This document shows, in pieces, positions 41,955 through 52,733 of a stretch of DNA of 64,000 bases. The stretch comes from an uncultured Planctomycetota bacterium. Its GTDB lineage: Bacteria; Planctomycetota; Planctomycetia; Isosphaerales; Isosphaeraceae. The DNA lies in assembly GCA_963823665.1 (NCBI GenBank), contig CAWGMQ010000003.1, positions 1,568,001-1,632,000 of the forward strand. Direction: 5' to 3'. Within the stretch, counting starts at the first letter, position 1. Each line of letters opens with the position of its first letter. The notes under the pieces were generated by a model. The model saw only the letters and a program-made list of their open reading frames with translations. It made no database searches and had not been told where the DNA came from. Both the position numbers and the translations under genes were made by a program.

Positions 41955-44900
41955 ATGAACGAAGAAACGCTGTTCCAATTAGCGTTGTCCCGACCTCCCG
42001 AGGAGCGTGCCGGCTTGCTGGAGCGGGAATGCGCAGGGCGGCCGGAGGTCCTGGCGGCTGTCGAGGCACTGCTGGCGGCGCATGAAAAGTCGGGAAACGT
42101 CCTCGACCGTCCCGTGGGCCAGCGTGTGGATTCTGGCCCCGGCCTTGCCCGTGCTGATGCGACCCTCGAACACAGTCCGGGTGCGGACGACTCGTCTCGC
42201 GCAATCTCCGGAACGGAAGATTACCGCCCGATTGCTGCGGCCGGCATCGTCATCGCGGGCCGTTACACTCTCCTGGAGAAGATCGGCGAAGGGGGCATGG
42301 GCGAGGTCTGGGTCGCGAAGCAGACAGAGCCGGTCAAGCGCAAGGTGGCGCTCAAGCTGATCAAGACCGGGATGGACTCGCGAGCCGTGCTGCAACGGTT
42401 CGAGCAAGAGCGGCAGGCGCTGGCGATGATGGATCATCCCAACATCGCCCGCGTTCTCGACGGCGGCCTCACGCCCACAGGCCAGCCGTTCTTTGTCATG
42501 GACCTGGTCAACGGCCTGCCGCTCACAAGATTCTGCGACGAGGCCCGGCTGACGAGCGAAGGGCGGCTGGAGCTCTTCGTGCCGATCTGCCAGGCGGTGC
42601 AGCACGCGCACCAGAAGGGGATCGTCCATCGCGATCTAAAGCCGGCGAACATTCTGGTCACGATCGTCGACGGCAAGCCGATTCCCAAGGTCATCGACTT
42701 CGGCGTGGCCAAGGCGGTCGCCGGCAGGCTGACCGACGAGTCGATGTCGACGCAGTTCGGCGCGGTGATTGGAACATTCGAGTACATGTCGCCGGAACAA
42801 GCGGGCTATTCGGGAGTCGATGTCGATACGCGCGCCGACATCTACTCGCTGGGCGTCATCCTGTACGAACTCCTCACCGGACTGAGGCCCTTTGATGCCA
42901 AACGGCTACGGAATGCGGCGCTCACGGAGATGATTCGGATCATCCGGGAGGAGGAGCCCTCCAAGCCGTCGACACGGCTCTCGACCGATCTATCGCTTCC
43001 CTCGATGGCGGCGCTGCGGCAGATTGAGCCTCGCAAGCTGACGGCTTTGTTGCGCGGCGAGCTGGACTGGGTGGTGATGAAGTGCTTGGAGAAGCACCGG
43101 GAACGGCGGTATGAGACTGCCAGCGCGCTGGCGCGCGACATTCAACGCTACCTCGCCGATGAAGCCGTGGAGGCCCGTCCGGCGTCGACCGGGTATCGGT
43201 TCGGGAAGTTCCTGCGGCGGAATCGGGGGCCGGTGGGGGCCGCGAGCGTGGTGCTGCTGGCCCTCGTTGTCGGCATCGTGGGGACGAGCTATGGGATGAT
43301 CCGGGCGGAGCAGCGGCGGCTTGAGGCGGACGAAGCCCGCAGTCGCGAGGCGCAGCAGCGGGCGAACGCGGAGAAGGCGCGGGACCGGACCCGGCAGGCG
43401 CTCGACGCCATGACCTCGTCGGTCACGGGGGATTCGCTCACGACGCAGAAGGAGATCAGCGACGAGCAGAAGAAGTTCCTGACCGAGGTGCTCTCCTACT
43501 ACCAGGAGTTTGCTGGGGAGAAGGCGGACGACGAACAGTCGCGGGCCCGAACGGCGGCGGCCGCTTTTCGCGTCGGTGTCATCGAGTACCGCCTGGGGCG
43601 ATGGGCAGAAGCGGCGGTCGCGTGCCGACTGGCTATCGACGGCTACGCGAAGCTGGCCGCCGAGTTCCCAGCCGCGCCTGTGTACCGCAACGGCCTGGGC
43701 GGCGGCCGCATCAACCTGGGAATTCTGCTGTCCAACCTGGGGCAGCACCCGGAGGCGGAGCAGCAGTATCGGAAAGCTCTGGTGATCCAGGAGAAGCTGG
43801 CCGCCGAGTTCCCCGCCGTACAGTTGTACCGACGGTTCCTGGGGCACAATCGCGCCAGCCTGGGATCTCTTCTGAGAGATCTGGGGATGGTGACTGAGGC
43901 AGAGGATCAGTGTCGCCAAGCTCTCGCGATCATGGAGAAGCTGGTCGCGGATTTCGCGGCCGTTGAGGACCGCGAGAGCGTCGCCGAGACCCACTCGAGC
44001 CTGGGGGCTCTGCTGGGCCTCCGAGGGAAGCGGCCGGAGGAGGAGGAGCAGTTTCGGAAAGCCCTGGCGATCGGGGAGAAGCTGGTCGCGGAGTTCCCCG
44101 CCGTGCCGGAGTACCGCAACGGCCTGGCCCGCAGCCACAACAATCTGGGGATTCTGCTGGTCGGCCTTGGGAGGCAACTGGAGGCGGAGGAGCGGTACCG
44201 GAAAGCCCTGGCGATCCAGGAGAAGCTGGTCGCAGAGTTCCCCGCCGTGCCGGAGTACCGCAAGGGCCTGGCCGGCACCCACAACAACCTGGGGAATCTG
44301 GTACCCGGGCTGGGGAAGCGGACGGAGGCAGAGGAGCACCATCGGAAAGCCCTGGCGATCCAGGAGAAGCTGGCCGCAGAGTTCCCCGCCGTGCCGAAGT
44401 ACCGAGAGCTCCTGGCTTTAGGCCACCACAACCTGGGGCTTTGGCTGTCCAGTCTGGGGAAGGGGCCGGAGGCGCAGGAGCACCATCGGAAAGCCCTGGC
44501 GATCCTGGAAACGCTGGTCGCCGATATCCCCGCCGTACCGGAGTACCGAAAGTACCTGTCCGGCAGCCATAACGGCCTGGGGAATCTGGTAGCCAGCCTG
44601 GGGCGGCGGCCGGAGGCGGAGGAGCACTATCGGAAAGCCCTAGTGATCCAGGAGAAGCTGGCCGCGGAGTTCCCCGCCGTGCCGGAGTACCGCGATGACC
44701 TGGCAGGCAGCCACAACAACCTCGGGAGTGTGCTGGCCGGCCTGGGGAAGCAGTCGGAGGCGGAAGAGCGGTATCGGAAAGCCCTGGCGATCAGTGAGAA
44801 GTTAGCCGCCGAGTTCCCCGCCGTGCCGGAATACCGCCACAGCCTGGCCAAAAGCGACAGCGGGCTGGGCGCTCTGCTGGCCGGCCTGGGGAAGCGGCCA

Positions 44901-47900
44901 GAGGCAGAGGAGCAGTATCGGAGAGCTCTGGTGATCCAGGAGAAGTTGGTGGCCGAATTCCCCGACGTGCCGGAGTACCGCACGGAACTGGCCAAGAGCC
45001 ACAGCGATCTGGGGCTTGTGTTGGCCGACCTGGGGAAGCGGCCAGAGGCGGAGGAACAGAATCGGACAGCCGTGGTGATCCAGGAGAAGCTGATGGCCGA
45101 GTTCCCCGACGTACCGGAGTACCGCAAGCTTCTGGCCGCAAGCCGCTACAACCTGGGCGTTCTGCTGGCCGACCTGGGGAAGCGGCCAGAGGCGCAGGAG
45201 CAGTATCGGAAAGGCCTGGCGATAGGGGAGAAGCTGGTTGCCGAGTTCCCCGACGTGCCGGAGTACCGCAATGACCTGGGCACCGGCCACAATAACCTGG
45301 GGCTTCTGCTGGCCGATCTGGGGAAGCAGTTTGCGGCGGAGGAGCAGTATCGGAAAGCCCTGGCAATCCAGGAGAAGCTGGCCGCCGAGTTCCCCGCCGT
45401 GCCGCTGTACCGCCGCATCCTAGCCCTCAGCCACCTCAACCTGGGGAATCAACTGGGGCGTCTCGGCAAGCGGCCGGCAGCGAACGAGCGGTATCGGAAA
45501 GCCCTGGCGATCCAGGAGAAGTTGGTGGCCGAATTCCCCGCCGTGCCGAAGTACCGCGCGGAACTGGCCAAGGGCCACAACAATCTGGGGGTTGTGTTGG
45601 CCGACCTCGGGAAGCGGCCGGAGGCGGAGGAGCAGTATCGCAAAGCGCTGGCAATCCAGGAGAAACTCGCCGCCCTCTTCCCGGCCGTGCCGGAGTACCG
45701 CGAGAGCCTGGCCGGCAGCCACGGCAACCTGGGAAATCTGCTGTCCAAGCTGGGGCAGCACTCTGAGGCGGAGCAGCACTATCGGAAAGCTCTGGTGATC
45801 CAGGAGAAGCTGGTCGCCGACTTCCCCGCCGTGGCGGAATACCGAAAGGGCGTGGCCGCCAGCGGCAGCAACCTGGGGAATCTACTCGCCGGCCTGGGCA
45901 AGCGGCCGGAGGCGGAAGAGCTGCATCGGAAAGCGCTGGCGATCCTGGAAAAGCTGGCCGCTGAGTTCCCCGCCGTTTCGGAGTACCGCGAGAGCCTGGC
46001 CGGCGGCCACGGCAGCCTGGGAAATCTGCTCGCCGGCCCGGGGACGTGGCCGGAGGCGGAGGAGCATTTTCGGAAAGCCATGGCCATCTACGAGCAGCTG
46101 GCCACCGAATACCCCACCGTGTCGGCGCATCGCTCGGCACTGGCCATGAGCCACCACAATCTGGGACTTGTGTTGGCCGACCTCGGAAAGCGGCCGGAGG
46201 CGGAGAAGCAGTATCGCAAAGCGCTGGCGATCCAGGAGAAGTTGGCCGCTGAGTTCCCCGCCGTGCCGGAGTACCGCCATAACCTGGCGAACAGCGAGCA
46301 CAGCCTGGGGAAGCTGCTATCAGGACTGGGGAAGGGGCCGGAGGCAGAGCAGAAGTATCGGAAAGCCATGGCCATCCACGAGAAGCTGGCCACCGAATAC
46401 CCCGCCGCGCCGGACTACCGCGGCGCCCTGGCCGTCAACCACACCGGCCTGGGGCTTCTGCTGGCCGGCATGGGGAAGCGGGCGGAGGCGGAGGAGCAGT
46501 ATCGGAAAGCCCTGGCGATCCTGGAAACGCTGGCCGCCGAGTTCCCCACTGTGCGGCAGTACCGAGTCGACCTGGGTGGTGATTACTGCAATTTCGGCGC
46601 TCTGGTCATGGGCGGCGGCCAGCCGAGTGAGAGCCTGGAGTGGTTCGACAAAGCCATTCGCATTTTGACGGCCGTCTACGAACAGGATCGCGGGTTCGTT
46701 ATGGCCAGAGCATTTCTGCGAAATAGCCACTTCGGCCGAGCTCAGGCCTATGATCTCTTGCGAAAGTTCACCGAAGCGATCAGGGACTGGGACAAGGCCG
46801 TCGAGCTCAGCCCGGAGGAGTACGTCACGGAGCTCCGCCGAAATCTGGCCAGCAGCCACGCTGGCCTGGGGGATCTGCTGGCTGGCCTGGGTAATCGGGC
46901 GGAGGCGGAGGAGCCGTATCGGAAAGCCCTCGCGATTCGGGAGAAGCTAGTCGCCGAGTTCCCCGGCGTGCCGGAGTACCGCAACGTCCTGGCCCGCAGC
47001 CACAACAAACTGGGGATCCTGCTGGCCGGCCTTGGGAGGCAGCCGGAGGCGGAGGAGCGGTATCGGAAAGCCCTGGCGATCCAGGAGAAGCTGGCCGCCG
47101 AGTTTCCCGCCGTGCCGGAGCACCGCACTGCCGTGGCCGGCAGCCACAATGACCTTGGGAACCTGCTGGCCGGCCTGGAAAAGCGGCCGGAGGCGGAAGA
47201 GCAGTATCGGAAAGCCCTGGCGATCGAGGAGAAGCTGGTCGTCGAGTTCCCCGCCGTGCCGGCGTACCGCACGATGCTGGCCAGCAGCAACGACTACCTG
47301 GGGATTCTGTTGCCCGGCCTGGGCAAAGGGCTCGAGGCGGAGGATCAGTTTCGGAAAGCCCTGGCGATTCGGGAGAGGCTGGTCGAAGAGTTCCCAGCCG
47401 TGCCGCAATATCGAGTCGCGCTGAGTGCTGGTTACTGCAACCTGGGCGGTCTGGTGAGTAACAGCGGTCGGCCCGGTGAAAGCTTGGAGTGGTTCGAGAA
47501 AGCCATCCGCACATTGACGCCTGTGTACGAACAGGATCGCCGGTTGGTTCTGGCGAGAGAGTTTCTCCGCACTTGTCACCGGAACCGAGCCACTACTTAT
47601 TATCGCCTGCGGAAGTTCACCGAGGCGATCAAGGACTGGGACAAGGCCATCGAGCTCAGTCCGGCGGCAGAGCAACCAGGGCTGCGCGCGTCACGGGCCA
47701 CATCGCGGGTGCAGGCGGGTGAGATGGCCGAGGCCGTGGCGGAGGTTGCCGAGCTGACGAAGTCCCTTGAGTGGAATTCCGGTCAGTGGTACGACTTTGC
47801 CTGCGTCTACGCCGTCGCCAGCGGCAAGAGCGCTGACAAGAAGCAGGAGTATGCCGACCGGGCGATGGAACTGCTGCGAAATTCTGTCAAGGGCGGGTGG

Positions 47901-48023
47901 AAGGACGCCGCACATATGGCCAAGGACACGGATCTTGATGCCATCCGGGGGCGGGAGGACTTCAAGAAGTTGATTGAGGGGTTGGCGAGGAATTCGCCGG
48001 ACGAAAATGAGCGGAAACCGTGA
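41955..48023 (+). CDS. Ser/Thr kinase with TM helix and giant 48-aa TPR array (kinase A)
   Basis: GEGGMG, HRDLKPAN, VIDFG; about 24 units of EKLxAEFPAVPEYR..LA..H..LG at 144-bp period; GGAGGT RBS. Confidence 0.93.
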   Translation: MNEETLFQLALSRPPEERAGLLERECAGRPEVLAAVEALLAAHEKSGNVLDRPVGQRVDSGPGLARADATLEHSPGADDSSRAISGTEDYRPIAAAGIVIAGRYTLLEKIGEGGMGEVWVAKQTEPVKRKVALKLIKTGMDSRAVLQRFEQERQALAMMDHPNIARVLDGGLTPTGQPFFVMDLVNGLPLTRFCDEARLTSEGRLELFVPICQAVQHAHQKGIVHRDLKPANILVTIVDGKPIPKVIDFGVAKAVAGRLTDESMSTQFGAVIGTFEYMSPEQAGYSGVDVDTRADIYSLGVILYELLTGLRPFDAKRLRNAALTEMIRIIREEEPSKPSTRLSTDLSLPSMAALRQIEPRKLTALLRGELDWVVMKCLEKHRERRYETASALARDIQRYLADEAVEARPASTGYRFGKFLRRNRGPVGAASVVLLALVVGIVGTSYGMIRAEQRRLEADEARSREAQQRANAEKARDRTRQALDAMTSSVTGDSLTTQKEISDEQKKFLTEVLSYYQEFAGEKADDEQSRARTAAAAFRVGVIEYRLGRWAEAAVACRLAIDGYAKLAAEFPAAPVYRNGLGGGRINLGILLSNLGQHPEAEQQYRKALVIQEKLAAEFPAVQLYRRFLGHNRASLGSLLRDLGMVTEAEDQCRQALAIMEKLVADFAAVEDRESVAETHSSLGALLGLRGKRPEEEEQFRKALAIGEKLVAEFPAVPEYRNGLARSHNNLGILLVGLGRQLEAEERYRKALAIQEKLVAEFPAVPEYRKGLAGTHNNLGNLVPGLGKRTEAEEHHRKALAIQEKLAAEFPAVPKYRELLALGHHNLGLWLSSLGKGPEAQEHHRKALAILETLVADIPAVPEYRKYLSGSHNGLGNLVASLGRRPEAEEHYRKALVIQEKLAAEFPAVPEYRDDLAGSHNNLGSVLAGLGKQSEAEERYRKALAISEKLAAEFPAVPEYRHSLAKSDSGLGALLAGLGKRPEAEEQYRRALVIQEKLVAEFPDVPEYRTELAKSHSDLGLVLADLGKRPEAEEQNRTAVVIQEKLMAEFPDVPEYRKLLAASRYNLGVLLADLGKRPEAQEQYRKGLAIGEKLVAEFPDVPEYRNDLGTGHNNLGLLLADLGKQFAAEEQYRKALAIQEKLAAEFPAVPLYRRILALSHLNLGNQLGRLGKRPAANERYRKALAIQEKLVAEFPAVPKYRAELAKGHNNLGVVLADLGKRPEAEEQYRKALAIQEKLAALFPAVPEYRESLAGSHGNLGNLLSKLGQHSEAEQHYRKALVIQEKLVADFPAVAEYRKGVAASGSNLGNLLAGLGKRPEAEELHRKALAILEKLAAEFPAVSEYRESLAGGHGSLGNLLAGPGTWPEAEEHFRKAMAIYEQLATEYPTVSAHRSALAMSHHNLGLVLADLGKRPEAEKQYRKALAIQEKLAAEFPAVPEYRHNLANSEHSLGKLLSGLGKGPEAEQKYRKAMAIHEKLATEYPAAPDYRGALAVNHTGLGLLLAGMGKRAEAEEQYRKALAILETLAAEFPTVRQYRVDLGGDYCNFGALVMGGGQPSESLEWFDKAIRILTAVYEQDRGFVMARAFLRNSHFGRAQAYDLLRKFTEAIRDWDKAVELSPEEYVTELRRNLASSHAGLGDLLAGLGNRAEAEEPYRKALAIREKLVAEFPGVPEYRNVLARSHNKLGILLAGLGRQPEAEERYRKALAIQEKLAAEFPAVPEHRTAVAGSHNDLGNLLAGLEKRPEAEEQYRKALAIEEKLVVEFPAVPAYRTMLASSNDYLGILLPGLGKGLEAEDQFRKALAIRERLVEEFPAVPQYRVALSAGYCNLGGLVSNSGRPGESLEWFEKAIRTLTPVYEQDRRLVLAREFLRTCHRNRATTYYRLRKFTEAIKDWDKAIELSPAAEQPGLRASRATSRVQAGEMAEAVAEVAELTKSLEWNSGQWYDFACVYAVASGKSADKKQEYADRAMELLRNSVKGGWKDAAHMAKDTDLDAIRGREDFKKLIEGLARNSPDENERKP

Positions 48024-48223
48024 GGGAAGGAACAACCGAAGATCAAGCGACTGGCGAGTCGGGCCTGGTCATCGTGGGGTGCTCCAGGCTGCGGGAGTCG
48101 GCGGCGTGATGGGGAGATGCTCATTCCGCGGGCTTTGCCGGGCCTGAGGTCATCAATTTGAGGTCGTCGCGTGCGCGTTCGCTTTGGCCTCTCGCGGCAA
48201 ATCGTGAGGCGATCGCTTGAATT

Positions 48224-48339
48224 GGCGGGCGGCACACGGAGTGTGCCTGCTACGTGGAGAAATGCGTCAGGCTAAAGCCTGACCTACGCTCTCGTGTCTC
48301 TGGAATGATGATAATGCGTCAGGCTAAAGCCTGACCTAC
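48224..48339 (-). repeat. Cluster of three GTAG REPs from two families
   Basis: 48224-48253, 48265-48287, 48317-48339. Confidence 0.85.
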
Positions 48340-49106
48340 TTGGGGGGCAGGTATGAGCGGGACCAGGCGGCATCTTTGGGGGAGAGGCGAGGCTCGGGGC
48401 GGGTCGCGTAGATGAAGTCGGCGTAGCCGGTTGAATCATAGACGTGTTCGAGGATCTCCTGAAGGTCGATTCGCGCGTCGGGGTCGGCGGGACGCAATGG
48501 GATCGGGATGACGGGTAGGCGCTGGCGCAAGGCGATCGGCCAGAAGCCGGCCCAGGGGCGGGCTTCGGCGCGGCTTACCAGTACGGAGTAGTCGCAGTTG
48601 GGGCGTTTCTCCAGCGGCATCGGGCGGCCGCCGCGGAGCAGGTCGATTTCGACGAAGTGCGCAGTTGCTCTGGAGCAATTCTTCGCGCTTGGCCACGAAT
48701 TGCTCGCGGTCGGCACCGGCACGCTTGTTTGATGGGCTCAGCATTTCGACGACCGTGATCAACTCGCGCCCGAGGCGATCCCGGACTTCTAAAAAAGGGA
48801 CGCGGCGCAGATCCTGGATGGGGATATGGACCTGTGTGGGTGCGTCGAGGATTGCCACTCCCGCGCTCGCTTCTTGCGCCTGGACTTCTTTGGCGCGGCT
48901 AGCGAGACGTCGGAGCGGCCCACCAGCCGGCACGGCGCGGCCGGGACCTCCTGGACATACAAATGCTCGTCGAGCATCACGATGTATTTCGGCCGCACCT
49001 GGGCGACCAGCCGTGCGCGAATCGCGGGCAGGAACTCCAGGTGGAAATCGTGCCAGAACGCATCCTGCTCGATGAAGGGGTTCATGCCTGGGAATGGTGA
49101 TGGCAT
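48336..49106 (-). CDS. DUF4058 family protein (frameshifts near 48880 and 48675)
   Basis: MPSPFPGMNPFIEQ..WHDFH; ITVVEMLSPSNK; HFVEIDLLRGG; LPVIPIPL. Confidence 0.85.
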
Positions 49107-49206
49107 CGAGATGATTCCATATGGGCCGGAACTACCGAGCTCGGGCGAGCGCATTAACAGGATCTAGCGTAGCACGGGTGTGCGTCAACGGCACACACGC
49201 GCGTTT

Positions 49207-49848
49207 CCAGGGCGCAGAGCCCCTGGCTGTTGACCTTTGCCCCGTTGGGGCAATTCGATGTCCGGACGCCAGCGCACCGCGGAGCGGCACAAGGTACATT
49301 CCGACGCGGGAGCGTTGGGAAGAGAACGCGTCGCCGAGCTGCTCCCAGCGGGATCGACCGCGAGTGCGCCGCAGAGCGGCTCGAAGAACATTCCCACGCG
49401 GGAGCGTCGGAACGAGGAGAATGGGAACGCTCTTTCGCGGAGCGAAAGGCGACGATCGGGCGCGGTCGAACTCATCGCGTGTGGGCACTCGTGTGGTTCG
49501 ACCGCGAGTGCGCCGCAGAGCGGCTCGAAGAACATTCCCACGCGGGAGCGTCGGAACGAGGAGAATGAGAACGCTCTTTCGCGGAGCGAAAGGCGACGAT
49601 CGGGCGCGGTCGAACTCATCGCGTGTGGGCACTCGTGTGGTTCGACCGCGAGTGCGCCGCAGAGCGGCTGGAAGAGCGTTCCCACGCGGGAGCGTCGGAA
49701 CGAGGAGAATGGGAACGCTCTTTCGCGGAGCGAAAGGCGACGATCGGGCGCGGTCGAACTCATCGCGTGTGGGCACTCGTGTGGTTCGACCGCGAGTGCG
49801 CCGCAGAGCGGCTGGAAGAGCGTTCCCACGCGGAGCATGGGAACGAGG
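49207..49848. repeat. BIME-like mosaic: leader module plus 144-bp tandem repeat (~3.4 copies)
   Basis: Unit starts tcgaccgcgagtgcgcc at 49354, 49498, 49642 and 49786; each unit has three REP hairpins. Confidence 0.92.
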
Positions 49849-49988
49849 CGCAACGAGGAGCGGGGGCACTTATTCGGCGTACGTTCCGAATTCTGGATAT
49901 GATGTGCGAGGGATTCCTGATGCCGGCGACGCCGTCTCGTCGCACTGGGGTAGAGTCCACTTCGTAGTTGCTCGCCCGAGGTGCGGCC

Positions 49989-52536
49989 ATGAACGAAGAA
50001 ACGCTGTTCCAGGAAGCTTTGTCACGACCTCCCGACGAGCGTGCCGCCTTTCTGGAGCAGGAGTGTGCGGGGCGGCCGGAGGCCCTGGCGGCTGTCGAGG
50101 CACTGCTGGCGGCGCACGATATGTCGGGAAACGTCCTCGACGAGCGTGCGGACCGGACCCTGGATTCTGGCCCTGGACAGGCCAGTCCTGACGCCACCCT
50201 CGAGCACACTCCGGGTGCGGACGACGCGTCTGCCGCCGTCTCCGAAACCGAAGACTACCGCCCGATTGCTCCGGCCGGCATCGTCATCGCGGGGCGCTAT
50301 GCTCTCCTGGAGAAGATTGGCGAAGGGGGCATGGGCGAGGTCTGGGTCGCCAAGCAGACAGAGCCGGTCAAGCGCAAGGTGGCGCTCAAGCTGATCAAGA
50401 CCGGGATGGACTCGCGAGCTGTGCTGCAACGGTTCGAGCAGGAGCGGCAGGCGCTGGCGATGATGGATCATCCCAATATCGCGAAGGTGCTTGATGGCGG
50501 GCTTACGCCCAGCGGCCAGCCGTTCTTCGTCATGGAGCTGGTTTCCGGCCTGCCGCTGACAAGGTTTTGCGATGAGGCGAGGCTGAAGACCGAAGAGCGG
50601 CTGGAATTGTTTGTGCGCATCTGCCAGGCGGTGCAGCACGCGCATCAAAAGGGGATCGTGCACCGTGATCTCAAGCCGGCTAACATCCTGGTCACGATCG
50701 TCGACGGCAAGCCGATTCCCAAGGTCATCGACTTCGGCGTGGCCAAGGCGGTCGCCGGCAGGCTGACTGACGAATCGATGTCGACTCAGTTTGGCGCGGT
50801 CATCGGCACGTTAGAATATATGTCGCCGGAGCAGGCGAGTTTCTCGGGGATCGACATCGATACGCGCGCGGATATCTATTCGCTCGGCGTCATCCTTTAC
50901 GAATTGCTCACCGGCCTGAGGCCGATTGACGGCAGACGCCTGAGGAATGCGGCACTTACCGAGATGATTCGGATCATCCGGGAGGAGGAGCCTTCCAAGC
51001 CGTCGACGCGACTCTCGACGGATGAGTCGCTTCCGTCGATCGCGGCGCTGCGGCAGATTGAGCCTCGCAAGTTGACGGCCTTGTTGCGCGGCGAGCTGGA
51101 TTGGGTGGTGATGAAGTGTCTGGAGAAGCACCGGGAACGACGCTATGAGACGGCCAATGCGCTGGGCCGGGACGTGCAGCGCTACCTCGCTGATGAAACT
51201 GTGGAGGCCCGGCCGCCGTCGGCGGGGTATCGGTTGAGCAAGTTCTTGCGTCGGAACAAGGGGCCCGTGCTGGCGGCGAGTCTGGTGGTGCTGGCCTTGG
51301 TCGGCGGGATCGTCGGCACGACGGTCGGGATGCTGAGGGCGGATCGAGCGCGGGCGGCCGAGGCGAGACAACGCGGCATTGCGGAGGTGAATGAAGCGAA
51401 GGCTCTCCTTGCGGCCGAGGCGGAAAGGAAGGCGAAGGACCGGGAGGCCGAGCAGCGGGCGAAGGCGGAGAAGGCGCGGGACCGGACGCGGCAGGCACTC
51501 GATGCCATGACCTCGTCGGTCACCGGGGATTCGCTCACCACCCAGAAAGAGATCAGCGACGAACAGAAGAAGTTCTTGACCGAGGTGCTGTCGTACTACC
51601 AGGAGTTTGCCGGCGAGAAGGCCGACGACGAACCGTCGCGGGCCCGAACGGCGAAGGCGGCCTATCGGGTCGGTCACATCGAGTACCGCTTGGGCCGAAC
51701 CGCGGAAGCGCTGGCAGCCATCCGCCTCGCCGTCGACGGGTACGCGAAGCTGGACGCAGAGTTCCCTGCCCGGCCGGCGTACCAGCAGGCCCTGGCCAAC
51801 AGCCACAACAATCTGGGGCTTCTGCTGGCCGGCCTGGGGAAGGGGCTGGAGGCGGAGGAACAGTATCGGAAAGGTGCGGCGATCCGGGAAGACTGGTCGC
51901 CGAGTTCCCCGCGGTGCCACAATATCGAGTCGAGCTGGGGCGTGCTTACTACAATGTCGGCATTCAGGTGGGGAACCGCACCCAGCTTGGTGAAAGCCTG
52001 GAGTGGTTCGAGAAAGCCATCCGCACATTGATGCCGGTATACGAGCAGGATCGCCGGTCGGCCACGGCCAAGCAGCTTCTCCGCGATAGCCACCGGAACC
52101 GGGCCATTGCTTACGATCGCCTGCGGAAGTTCCCCGAGGCGATCAATGACTGGGACAAGGCCATCGAGCTCAGCCCGACGCCAGAGCAACCAGGCTTTCG
52201 CGCGTCGCGGGCCACATCGCGAGTCCAAGCCAGTCAGGTGGCCGAGGCTGTGGCGGAGGTCGCCGAGCTGACAAAGAACCCGACGTGGAACTCCATTCAG
52301 CGCTACGACTTTGCCTGCGTCTACGCCGTTGCAACGGCAAGATCGCCGACAAGAAGCAGGAGTATGCCGACCGGGCGATGGACCTGCTGCGAAATGCGGT
52401 GAGGGCCGGCTACAACGACGTCGCACACATGGCCAAGGACACGGATCTTGATGCTATCCGGGGACGGGAGGACTTCAAGAAGTTGATTGAGGAGCTCACG
52501 AAGAGATCGCCGGACGAAAAACAGCCGAAACCGTGA
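49989..52536 (+). CDS. Ser/Thr kinase-TPR paralog with minimal repeat array (kinase B; frameshifts near 51890 and 52330)
   Basis: Near-identical to kinase A across the kinase domain; continues in ORFs 51914..52402 and 52285..52536. Confidence 0.85.
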
Positions 52537-52733
52537 GGGAAGAAACGACCGGACATCAACCGATGGGCGAGTCGGGCCAGGTCATCGCGGGGCTGTGCGC
52601 GTGCAGGAGTCGGCGGCGTGATGGGGTGACACTTATTCCGCGTGGCTTACCGCGCCTGAAGTCGAGAATTTGAGGTCGCTGCGTGTGCGTTCGCTTTGGC
52701 CTGAGGCGGCAAATCGCATGGCAATTGCTTGAT

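Noticed and set aside
42990..47675. Long antisense ORFs (also 10292..11731, 15292..16563, 31635..32876, 50811..52028, 55781..57127)
   Set aside because: They are shadow ORFs of high-GC coding strands opposite well-supported genes.
49354..49848. CRISPR array
   Set aside because: The units are near-identical over the full 144 bp with no unique spacers, and there are no cas genes in the window.
43650..49848. Mechanistic link between the 144-bp TPR period and the 144-bp REP array period
   Set aside because: I see no sequence similarity between the two units; treated as coincidence.
49121..50191. ORFs of 114-356 aa across the tandem repeat
   Set aside because: They are by-products of a stop-poor 144-bp palindromic repeat, with no RBS or protein-like composition.
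41955..52536. Complete diversity-generating retroelement
   Set aside because: No reverse transcriptase, Avd or non-coding template repeat is visible, and variation is not strictly confined to adenines.
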